This document shows positions 22,988 to 31,191 of a DNA stretch of 32,000 nt, piece after piece. The position numbers were made by a program, and so were the translations under genes. Source of the stretch: Erysipelotrichaceae bacterium (GTDB lineage Bacteria > Bacillota_I > Bacilli_A > Erysipelotrichales > Erysipelotrichaceae); NCBI GenBank assembly GCA_963676105.1, contig OY781039.1, forward strand, positions 240,001 to 272,000, written 5' to 3'. The number at the start of each line of letters is the position of its first letter. The first letter of the stretch is position 1. The notes under the pieces are model-generated. The model saw only the letters and a list, made by a program, of their open reading frames with translations, ran no database searches and was not told where the DNA came from.

Positions 22988-24913
22988 ATGTTACAAAAAA
23001 GACAAATTGCATTACTTGATTTATTGCTCATCAATGAAAAACCTATAACAGGTGCGCAACTGGCAAAAACGTTAGGTGTTTCATCAAGGACTATTCGTAG
23101 TGATATTGAGCAGATTCAATCACATTTAAAAAGACACAACATTCTCATTCATTCAATTAATCCTAAGGGATATTATATTGATTTAATAGACAAAGATATT
23201 GTTGAAAAAATGCTGAATGAATTAAAAGATGAATCTAAGCAAACGACTTTGCCGCAGACACCTGACGAACGAATGACTTATATTTTGATGGATTTGTTAT
23301 TGCATGAAAAACAATCAATGCAAACACTTTCAGAACAACTATTCGTCACCAAAACTACTATAAATACTGATGTTAGCAAATTAAATGAAAGTATTTCTCA
23401 AGGCTTAAATGAAAATCTTATTAAATCTGATTCGAGTGGAATTCATTTTGATGGAGTTGAATTTGAAATTAGAAAAAGAAGTGCAAGTTGGATAGCTAAA
23501 GACCAAGATCATTTGAATCCATTAATTCAATGTTTAGATCTATTTGACCCTAGTAATAAATTCATTGAAAACACAATTGATATTTATCAAATGCTTGTTA
23601 ATATTATTGAACAATATCAGGTTTATCTAGCTGATCGAGAAGTATCATATTTAACAATGTTTCTCATCCTTTCCAAAAATCGTCATGAAAAATATCCGAT
23701 TGCGTACTCACTTAAACATGAACATATTGATTGGATTGAAGAAGTTATAAACCAATCATCTGACTTGCTAAGTGTTAATTGGACTGAAGATGATAAGAAT
23801 TCCATACGAATATTTTGTGATTCTCTGTCGTTAATATCTACTGAAATTGTTAAACAAGACAATAAAGATTTGCAACAATTAATAGACAAATTTTTAGAAA
23901 AAGTACTGAATTTTTATGATATTGATTTTAGAGAAAATGAAAGTTTAAAGCAGTTTCTATATGTTCATATTCGCTCAATGTTTTATCGTTTAGAACTGAA
24001 TGAACATGAATACAATCCATTAAAAGATGATATTAAGAAGAAGTTTCCATTAGCTACTGAAATTTCATTGTTGTTTTTTAACATAGTAAAAGAAGAAAAA
24101 CGACTCATGATGAACGATTCTGAAATATCATATATTGCTCTACACATTGCGAGTGCTTTGGAGGTTTTAATCGAACCTACAAGAATTATATTAGTTTCAA
24201 ATTTAAATCAAGGATCAACTCGTTTGCTTTCAACAAAATTAATTCATTTCTTTACAAATAAAATTAATATTGTACAAACACTATCTGTTTACCAGTATGA
24301 AAAGATAATTGACAACAATTCATTGAACTGCGATTTAATAGTTTCTACTTCAAGCATTAAAAATACTTCAAACATTCCGGTAGTTTTGGTTAATCCTTTA
24401 TTGTTTCGTGATGATATTGCACATCTAAAACGTTATATTCATTTCTATTCTATGGAAATGAAGAACCAATTAAGATTTTCTGAATTATTTGATGAAAGAC
24501 TATACTTTAGAGTATCAAATTCAAATAACTCCTATTATGCAACGATTAGATTCCTTGTTAGACAATTAAAAACCTTCGATTATATTGAAGATGAAGATGA
24601 GTATTATCAACTAATACTTGAGCGTGAAAAAACATTTTCAACCGTCATGGATAATGGCATTGCAATACCACATGCTGCAGAGAATAGATCTCGTAAAACA
24701 GTTATTGCTGTCGCAATATTAAATGAACCATTAATACATGAAGGTAAGAAAGTAAGTATAATCCTCCTAAATGCGATTAATGAGAAAGAAGATCTACAAA
24801 ATTTATATCAAATGATTGAGAAAGTTTTAGATCTTGAGAGTTTGAATGATGCATTAAGTGCCAAAAATTTAAGTCACTTTATTCAAATAATATCTCAGAA
24901 AGGTATGGATTAA
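22988..24913 (+). CDS. PRD-containing transcriptional regulator (LicR/MtlR-type: HTH - Mga-like HTH - PRD1 - PRD2 - EIIB-like - EIIA(Mtl/Fru)-like)
   Basis: The N-terminal DeoR-type HTH is ITGAQLAKTLGVSSRTIRSDI. PRD-type helices carry conserved His (YVHIRSMFYRL, ISYIALHIASAL). The C-terminal EIIA type-2 motif is GIAIPHAAEN. Confidence 0.8.
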   Translation: MLQKRQIALLDLLLINEKPITGAQLAKTLGVSSRTIRSDIEQIQSHLKRHNILIHSINPKGYYIDLIDKDIVEKMLNELKDESKQTTLPQTPDERMTYILMDLLLHEKQSMQTLSEQLFVTKTTINTDVSKLNESISQGLNENLIKSDSSGIHFDGVEFEIRKRSASWIAKDQDHLNPLIQCLDLFDPSNKFIENTIDIYQMLVNIIEQYQVYLADREVSYLTMFLILSKNRHEKYPIAYSLKHEHIDWIEEVINQSSDLLSVNWTEDDKNSIRIFCDSLSLISTEIVKQDNKDLQQLIDKFLEKVLNFYDIDFRENESLKQFLYVHIRSMFYRLELNEHEYNPLKDDIKKKFPLATEISLLFFNIVKEEKRLMMNDSEISYIALHIASALEVLIEPTRIILVSNLNQGSTRLLSTKLIHFFTNKINIVQTLSVYQYEKIIDNNSLNCDLIVSTSSIKNTSNIPVVLVNPLLFRDDIAHLKRYIHFYSMEMKNQLRFSELFDERLYFRVSNSNNSYYATIRFLVRQLKTFDYIEDEDEYYQLILEREKTFSTVMDNGIAIPHAAENRSRKTVIAVAILNEPLIHEGKKVSIILLNAINEKEDLQNLYQMIEKVLDLESLNDALSAKNLSHFIQIISQKGMD

Positions 24914-24915
24914 TT

Positions 24916-26526
24916 ATGAAACTATTACTCTTGTGTGCAGGTGGTTTATCGACAAGTTTGTTAGTTTCAAGAATGAAAAAATATGCCCAAAGTATTGGCG
25001 AAGATCCAGTGATCGAAGCTCATCCATATGGCAACCTAGATGAATTATTTGAACGATTCGACATGATTCTTCTTGGTCCACAAATAAGTCATAATCTTGA
25101 AAAGGTTAAAAATCGATGTGGCCACTCGATTAAATCTATTCGAGTTATTGATCCTGTTGATTACGGCTTACTCGATGGGAAAACTGTATATGAAAAAGCC
25201 AAACTTGACTTTACAAAGTCAGGGAAAGGAAAGAAGAAAACTATGAAAGATAAAATTTTACAAGTTATCTCTGATATTACGAATCATCCTTATGTATCAT
25301 CTTTACAAAAAGGGTTCATGTCAGTTATCGGGATAACAATTGCGGGTGGTATTTTTGCCCTCCTTAAAACACCTCCATTTCCAGCTGATACAACTAGTGG
25401 ATTTGGTTTAGCGTGGATAGCTTGGTCACAAGCAAATGCATCTTGGTTAGTAGTAGGTTATGAATTAACCATGAATTTCTTAGCTGTTTATGTATTGATT
25501 GGCGCTGTTTATGCACTAGCATCACATTATAAAATGAACGTATTAAATCCGATTGTTATGGGTTTATTGTCATTCTTAATTTTATCAGTGAATATTGCAT
25601 CATCTAATCCTGAAAATCCATATGCTGTCATGAATATGGCGATGAATTATTTGGGTGGACAAGGTATCTTTACAGCTATTGTAGTTTCAATTGTTGTAGT
25701 TGAATTATTAAGATTAATGAAAGAAAAACATGTTTTAGAATTAAAACTTCCTGATGCAGTTCCTCCTATGGTTTCTCAACCATTTGCATCATTATTTCAA
25801 AATCTAATTTTAATCTTAATTATTGTTTTAGTTAGAATTGCATTCTCATCTGTAGGAATGATGTTTCCACAAATCGTATTTGCCATATTTACACCTATTC
25901 TCAAAGCTGCAGATACGTTCTGGGCAATCGTATTGTTATTTGCTTTCTCGAGAGTTTTATGGTTCTTTGGGATTCATGGAACATCAGTTATCTTTGCAGT
26001 ATTAATGCCAATTGTTTTAGTTAATACTACAGAGAACTTAGCAGCTTATGCGGCAGGTGCTGAAATTCCACATATTTTCGCAGGTGGATTTATTTTATTC
26101 CAAATTGGTATGTTACCAGCTGCAATTGCAATGCTAATTATTGCGAGATCTGAGCGACTAAAAGCAGTTGCAAAATTAGGTTTTGTACCTTCATTATTTA
26201 TGATTTCCGAACCTATTTTATTTGGGACACCGTTTGTATTAAATCCAATCCTATTTATTCCACATATTGCGGCATTCGCATATTCAGTAGGGCTAGCTTA
26301 TATTGCAATGGCAGTTAATTTAGTTGGTAAGCCAATCTTCTCAACACCTAGTTTTGCTCCAGGATTTATCACAGCATTCTTGACAACAGGTGATTGGAAA
26401 GCTGTTCCTTTATGGTTAGCGATTGTTGCAGGTTCAACATTGATTTATATTCCATTTTTAAAGAAATATGATAATCAACTATTATTAGAAGAAAAAGAAC
26501 AAACATTAGATACTGAAGTAGAATAA
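24916..26526 (+). CDS. PTS transporter, fused EIIB-EIIC, lactose/cellobiose (Lac) family
   Basis: The N-terminal ~100 aa form an EIIB-cellobiose domain with the phospho-Cys (MKLLLLCAGGLSTSLLV). A K-rich linker leads to a ~430-aa polytopic EIIC domain of the cellobiose/chitobiose type. Confidence 0.85.
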   Translation: MKLLLLCAGGLSTSLLVSRMKKYAQSIGEDPVIEAHPYGNLDELFERFDMILLGPQISHNLEKVKNRCGHSIKSIRVIDPVDYGLLDGKTVYEKAKLDFTKSGKGKKKTMKDKILQVISDITNHPYVSSLQKGFMSVIGITIAGGIFALLKTPPFPADTTSGFGLAWIAWSQANASWLVVGYELTMNFLAVYVLIGAVYALASHYKMNVLNPIVMGLLSFLILSVNIASSNPENPYAVMNMAMNYLGGQGIFTAIVVSIVVVELLRLMKEKHVLELKLPDAVPPMVSQPFASLFQNLILILIIVLVRIAFSSVGMMFPQIVFAIFTPILKAADTFWAIVLLFAFSRVLWFFGIHGTSVIFAVLMPIVLVNTTENLAAYAAGAEIPHIFAGGFILFQIGMLPAAIAMLIIARSERLKAVAKLGFVPSLFMISEPILFGTPFVLNPILFIPHIAAFAYSVGLAYIAMAVNLVGKPIFSTPSFAPGFITAFLTTGDWKAVPLWLAIVAGSTLIYIPFLKKYDNQLLLEEKEQTLDTEVE

Positions 26527-26536
26527 AAGCTTATTC

Positions 26537-26571
26537 AGATAGAGGAGTTTTCTCCTCTATCTTGTTTGTTT
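26537..26571 (+). terminator. Strong hairpin (terminator/attenuator candidate) between EIIBC and the sulfatase gene
   Basis: AGATAGAGGAG pairs with CTCCTCTATCT as a perfect 11-bp stem across a TTTT loop, followed by TGTTTGTTT. Confidence 0.5.
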
Positions 26572-26594
26572 ATGTAAGGTAAGGTGATTAAAAA

Positions 26595-28352
26595 ATGAAA
26601 GCAGTACAAGTTATGTTTGATACGCTTAGTCGTAGATTTTTATCTATCTATGGTAATGAGTGGGTACAAACACCGAATTTTGAGAGATTAGCAGAAAAAG
26701 CAGTTGTATATAATAAATTTTTTGCTGGATCACTTCCGTGTATTCCAGCGCGTAGAGAATTGCATACGGGTAGATATAATTTTTTACATCGTTCATGGGG
26801 TCCACTAGAACCTTATGATTTTTCAGTCATTGAAACATTAAAGAATAATGGAATCTATACTCACTTAGTTACAGATCATTCTCATTATTTTGAGGATGGT
26901 GGGGCAACCTATCATAATCGATTTAATACATGGGAAGGTTTTAGAGGTCAAGAAGGGGATCGTTGGGTACCAACATTAAATCCAAAGTCAATATTCGTTC
27001 CAAAACAAAGTGAGACAAATAAGAAAGGTCCTTCACTCCTACATAATTATGCTAATCGAACACGTCAAAATACTGAAGAGGAAATGTCATCAGTGATGAC
27101 GATTAGAGCTGGTGTCGATTTTTTAGAAAAATATCATGATATTGATCAATGGTTTTTACAAATTGAATGTTTTGATCCACATGAACCATTTTTTGTACCG
27201 CAAAAATACTTGGATATGTATCAGGATACTTATACTGGAGACGTGTTTGATTGGCCGCCTTATTCACCAATAACTAGTGAATCAGATGAACAAAAAGAAC
27301 ATATAGTTAAACGTTATGCAGCATTAATTACAATGTGTGATACGTATTTAGGTGAAATTTTAGATCAATTTGATAGATACAATTTATGGCAAGACACTAT
27401 GCTTATCATTAATACAGATCATGGTTTTTTACTAGGTGAACATGATTGGTATGGTAAGAATGTTCAGCCAAATTACAATGAAATAGCTCATTTACCATTT
27501 TTAATTTATAAGCCAAATAGTGATCAACGTGAATCAAATACTTTAGTTAGAACGATAGATATTGCTCCAACTTTATTAGATTATTTTAATCAAGATATTC
27601 CTGATGTTGTACAAGGTAAATCAATTAGTAATGAGAGCGTTATTGATAATGCTTTATTTGGTGTTTTTGGAGCACAGGTTAATATTACAGATGGTCATCA
27701 TGTATATATGAGAGGACCAAATACAATTGATAATCAACCGTTGTTTGAATATACAATGATGCCTACACGTATGCGTGGTTTTATTGAAACTAAAGCATTA
27801 CAAAAAGCAGTCTTACAAGAACCATTTTCATTTACTAATGGGATGCCACAATTTAAAATACCCTCAAAGGCGTGGTTTAGTCCTTATCGATATGGTCATA
27901 AATTATTTGATATTGATCAAGACTATGAACAAAAACATCCAATAGATAATCTTGATCTTGAGATTGAATGGTTAAATAAATTGCGAGATGCCTTGATTGC
28001 GAGTGATGCACCAATTGAGCAATATGAAAGATTAGGTCTATCTATTAAAGAGGACATGACAAAGGATAAACTTTTAAAACAAAGATTATTTAGAGAAGCA
28101 TATCAAAAGATTGATATTGGACTAAAACTTAATTCTAAACAAGAAGCTAAAATTAGAATGATTCGCGAGATGTTACCAAAGCCTGTGTATGAACAATGGA
28201 TTACAAGTTTAGTTCAAGAAGCAAATGAGAATTCAAATATCGAAACGGTACTAGAGAAAAGTATTGTACAAGTCTTTGAAATGATGAAACTTCCCAGTCA
28301 TTATGCTTCTATGTTAATGAGTATGCTTGAATACGCTGATAAAGACAGTTAA
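26595..28352 (+). CDS. Cys-type (formylglycine-dependent) sulfatase family protein, with no signal peptide and a ~130-aa helical C-terminal extension
   Basis: The sulfatase signature SLPCIPARRELHTG (C-x-P-x-R, Cys49 codon at 26739-26741) is present, with the N-terminal metal ligand FDT and TDHG / NTDHG motifs. The N-terminus is not hydrophobic. Confidence 0.8.
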   Translation: MKAVQVMFDTLSRRFLSIYGNEWVQTPNFERLAEKAVVYNKFFAGSLPCIPARRELHTGRYNFLHRSWGPLEPYDFSVIETLKNNGIYTHLVTDHSHYFEDGGATYHNRFNTWEGFRGQEGDRWVPTLNPKSIFVPKQSETNKKGPSLLHNYANRTRQNTEEEMSSVMTIRAGVDFLEKYHDIDQWFLQIECFDPHEPFFVPQKYLDMYQDTYTGDVFDWPPYSPITSESDEQKEHIVKRYAALITMCDTYLGEILDQFDRYNLWQDTMLIINTDHGFLLGEHDWYGKNVQPNYNEIAHLPFLIYKPNSDQRESNTLVRTIDIAPTLLDYFNQDIPDVVQGKSISNESVIDNALFGVFGAQVNITDGHHVYMRGPNTIDNQPLFEYTMMPTRMRGFIETKALQKAVLQEPFSFTNGMPQFKIPSKAWFSPYRYGHKLFDIDQDYEQKHPIDNLDLEIEWLNKLRDALIASDAPIEQYERLGLSIKEDMTKDKLLKQRLFREAYQKIDIGLKLNSKQEAKIRMIREMLPKPVYEQWITSLVQEANENSNIETVLEKSIVQVFEMMKLPSHYASMLMSMLEYADKDS

Positions 28353-28378
28353 AAAACCGCGTGAGCGGTTTTCTTTTT
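28353..28378. terminator. Bidirectional rho-independent terminator between the convergent sulfatase and proA genes
   Basis: AAAACCGC pairs with GCGGTTTT across a GTGA loop, flanked by an A tract on the 5' side and a T tract on the 3' side. Confidence 0.85.
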
Positions 28379-29618
28379 AGCGTATTTGACCTGTTCCTTC
28401 TAGAAGGTATTTATAGGTGCATAATTCATTTAAGCCCATAGGACCTCTGGCATGTAGTTTTTGAGTAGAAATACCAATTTCTGCTCCAAAGCCCATTTCA
28501 GATCCATCAGTAAAGCGAGTGGATGCATTAACATAGACTGCAGCCGCATCAATTTCTTTTTGAAAACGAGTCGATGATTCTTTATCTCGTGTCACAATGG
28601 CTTCTGAATGTTTAGTCGAATAAGTTTGAATATGTTTGATAGCTTCATCAAAGTTTTCAGTAATCTTAATGCCTAAGACTAAATCTAAATATTCGGTGGA
28701 CCAATCTTCATCAGTTGTAGGAATCAGTGAAGGGAAGAAATTTCGTGATTTTTCATCACCTCTAAGTTCAACATTATTTTTTTCTAAGAGTGGTATTACC
28801 ATTTCTAAGAAATCTTTGGCAATGGATTGATCAACAAGTAGTTTCTCAGCCGCATTGCAGACACCAGGTCGTGAACATTTCGCATTAATAATAATATTCT
28901 TAGCCATTTCTAGATCTGCATCTTCATGAACATAGATATGACAATTACCAACCCCTGTTTCTAAAACAGGAATCTTTGCATTATCGACAACTGTTTGAAT
29001 CAGTCGAGCACTACCACGTGGGATCAAAACATCAACATGTTCTCGATCTTGCATGAGTTCTGTCGCAAGAGCTCGATCTGGATTATCGATAAATTGAACG
29101 GCATCTTCATCAAGATCACATGCCTTAAGTGAATCATGAAGGATGTCGATTAAAGCTTGATTTGAATGGATAGCTTCTTTGCCACCTCTTAGCACTACAG
29201 TGTTTCCAGCTTTTAAACATAGAGTTGCCGCATCAATGGTTACATTTGGTCGTGATTCATAAATAATCGCTATTACACCAATTGGAACTCTTACCTTTTT
29301 AATATGTAGACCATTAGGGCGTGTAAATTCTTCAAGAATCATGCCATTTGGATCTTTAAGTTCGATGAGTTCTTCGCAAGCTAAAGCCATTGATTCAACT
29401 CTGTTTTTATTAAGTTTTAATCGATCAAGTAAACTATCGGGTATTTTACCTTGAGAGGTTTGTATATCTTTATCGTTTTCTTCTAGGATAAATGCTTCTT
29501 TATTTCTTAAATTATTGGCTAAGTGTTGAAGAAAGTTATTTTTATCTTCACTACTTAATAACGCAAACGATTTTGCGGCATTTTGAGCTTTTATTGTTTT
29601 ATCAGTGATATATGACAT
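28377..29618 (-). CDS. proA: Gamma-glutamyl phosphate reductase
   Basis: The protein is 413 aa and belongs to the aldehyde dehydrogenase superfamily, with IYESRPNVT and the catalytic region CNAAEKLLV. It overlaps the proB stop (TAATG). Confidence 0.9.
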   Translation of the reverse strand: MSYITDKTIKAQNAAKSFALLSSEDKNNFLQHLANNLRNKEAFILEENDKDIQTSQGKIPDSLLDRLKLNKNRVESMALACEELIELKDPNGMILEEFTRPNGLHIKKVRVPIGVIAIIYESRPNVTIDAATLCLKAGNTVVLRGGKEAIHSNQALIDILHDSLKACDLDEDAVQFIDNPDRALATELMQDREHVDVLIPRGSARLIQTVVDNAKIPVLETGVGNCHIYVHEDADLEMAKNIIINAKCSRPGVCNAAEKLLVDQSIAKDFLEMVIPLLEKNNVELRGDEKSRNFFPSLIPTTDEDWSTEYLDLVLGIKITENFDEAIKHIQTYSTKHSEAIVTRDKESSTRFQKEIDAAAVYVNASTRFTDGSEMGFGAEIGISTQKLHARGPMGLNELCTYKYLLEGTGQIR

Positions 29619-30421
29619 TATTTGACTCCTTTAAAATAAGTCCCCACATTTTCCCCTTTGAATATTTTGTGTAAGATTTTTGGGTCTTCGCCCTGTGCGA
29701 TGACCATATCAATCCCTTCAGCCATAACGATTTGAGCTGCATTGATTTTAGTACTCATGCCACCTGTTCCAAGATTAGTTGAAGAGCCTTTTGCGTTATT
29801 AATTAGTTCATCATTGATTGTTTCAACTGTTTCAATTAGCTTAGCATCTGGGTTTTTCTTTGGATTATCTGTATAGAAACCATCAATATCTGATAATAAT
29901 ATCAAACAATCCGCTTTAACGATTTTTGCGACATGAGCGGAAAGTTTATCGTTATCACCAATCGATTTTTCACCTTCAATTTCATCAGTTGCGACAGGGT
30001 CATTTTCATTCACGATAGGAATGACTTTTTCTTTGATTAAGGCTTCAAAACTATTTTGAACATTCTTGATTAAAATGGGTTTATCAAACACGCCTGAGGT
30101 TAAAAGAATTTGTCCGACGACAAAACCATACTCACCAAAAAATTTTGCATATAAATGCATTAGTTCAGATTGACCAACAGCAGCTGCGGCTTGTCGTGCT
30201 TCTACAGTGCTTGGACGTTTTGTCCATTTCATTTTAGCGGCACCAACACCAATCGCACCTGAGGTGACTAGAATAATTTCTTTTCCATCATTCATTAAAT
30301 CGGATAAAACAAGGGATAATTTGTCCATGCGTTCAAAATGTGCACGACCATTGGGATGTGTCACGGTGGTTGTGCCTACTTTAACCACAATACGTTTTGC
30401 ATTTTTAAGTGTTTTACGCAT
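29618..30421 (-). CDS. proB: Glutamate 5-kinase (short form without PUA domain)
   Basis: The protein is 267 aa with amino-acid-kinase motifs RIVVKVGTTTVT, LVTSGAIGVG and GDNDKLSA. Confidence 0.9.
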   Translation of the reverse strand: MRKTLKNAKRIVVKVGTTTVTHPNGRAHFERMDKLSLVLSDLMNDGKEIILVTSGAIGVGAAKMKWTKRPSTVEARQAAAAVGQSELMHLYAKFFGEYGFVVGQILLTSGVFDKPILIKNVQNSFEALIKEKVIPIVNENDPVATDEIEGEKSIGDNDKLSAHVAKIVKADCLILLSDIDGFYTDNPKKNPDAKLIETVETINDELINNAKGSSTNLGTGGMSTKINAAQIVMAEGIDMVIAQGEDPKILHKIFKGENVGTYFKGVK

Positions 30422-30456
30422 GAGAAAATCTCCTTTATATTAGTGTTTATTATAAC

Positions 30457-31128
30457 TTAAATACATTTCTCTACAAATGATTTAAATAAAGCTTTTGTAC
30501 TTTCTTGAGAAGTCATACGCTCTGGATGCCATTGAACGGCTAGAATTTGATCACCTTCGACGGCCTCGATAATGCCATCTTCACTTTGGGCAATGACATT
30601 TAATGTAGGCGCACATTTATCAATCGCTTGATGGTGATAGGAATTTACTTCGATGTTTGAACCAAATATTTCGTGTAGTAGTGTGCCTTTTTCGATATTT
30701 ATCATATGTCCCTTTAGACGATTAGTATCTGAAGATAGTGAATGATTTGGGATGTCTTGTTTTAATGATCCACCTAATGCAACATTTATGATTTGAATTC
30801 CGCGACATATTCCAAATATGGGGATGGCATATCTTTGAGCGATTTCTATCGCATCAATATCCATTTGATCAACTTCATATGGTTCAGTAGTCGAATCTGT
30901 GTTTTCTTGATTATAAAAATAAGGGTCTACGTCTAAACCACCTGGTATCACTAGCCCATCACAATTTTTAAGTTCATCTTCTAATTCCTCGATAGCTTGT
31001 GGGTAGATTAAAATGACGCGTGCTCCTGCTTCTTTAATTGCAGTGATATAATCCTGATTAATAAAAAACTGATCATGGATATGTCCAGTGCTTTTAGCCC
31101 TAGTTAGTAAGGCGAGGGTAGGTTTCAT
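30457..31128 (-). CDS. Peptidase C26 / class I glutamine amidotransferase-like gamma-glutamyl hydrolase (PuuD family)
   Basis: The nucleophile elbow is GICRGIQIINVALGG and the His-Glu pair sits in VQWHPE. I prefer the ATG at 31128 (AGGAG 7 nt upstream) over the track start at 31155. Confidence 0.8.
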   Translation of the reverse strand: MKPTLALLTRAKSTGHIHDQFFINQDYITAIKEAGARVILIYPQAIEELEDELKNCDGLVIPGGLDVDPYFYNQENTDSTTEPYEVDQMDIDAIEIAQRYAIPIFGICRGIQIINVALGGSLKQDIPNHSLSSDTNRLKGHMINIEKGTLLHEIFGSNIEVNSYHHQAIDKCAPTLNVIAQSEDGIIEAVEGDQILAVQWHPERMTSQESTKALFKSFVEKCI

Positions 31129-31140
31129 AGCTTGACTCCT

Positions 31141-31158
31141 GTTGTGACTAATCACAAC
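31141..31158. promoter_or_regulatory. Perfect 7-4-7 palindrome (operator or 5'-UTR hairpin candidate) in a divergent intergenic region
   Basis: GTTGTGA-CTAA-TCACAAC immediately abuts the Shine-Dalgarno sequence of the C26-proBA operon on the minus strand. Confidence 0.35.
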
Positions 31159-31191
31159 TTATACACTTTATTTTACATGTATAATTAACGC

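Noticed and set aside
23683-23889. 68-aa minus-strand ORF inside the PRD regulator gene
   Set aside because: It is an antisense shadow ORF.
26537-26571. Reading the EIIBC-sulfatase hairpin as a RAT/terminator pair for a BglG/LicT-type antiterminator
   Set aside because: The locus regulator has N-terminal DNA-binding HTH domains (LicR/MtlR type), not an RNA-binding CAT domain. I saw no RAT-like sequence overlapping the 5' arm.
28636-28830. 64-aa plus-strand ORF inside proA
   Set aside because: It is antisense to proA and has no supporting signals.
30207-30443. 78-aa plus-strand ORF inside proB
   Set aside because: It is antisense to proB and has no supporting signals.
31129-31155. 9-codon N-terminal extension of the C26 hydrolase ORF
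   Set aside because: An AGGAG sequence lies 7 nt before the ATG at 31128, and MKPTLALL resembles typical family N-termini.
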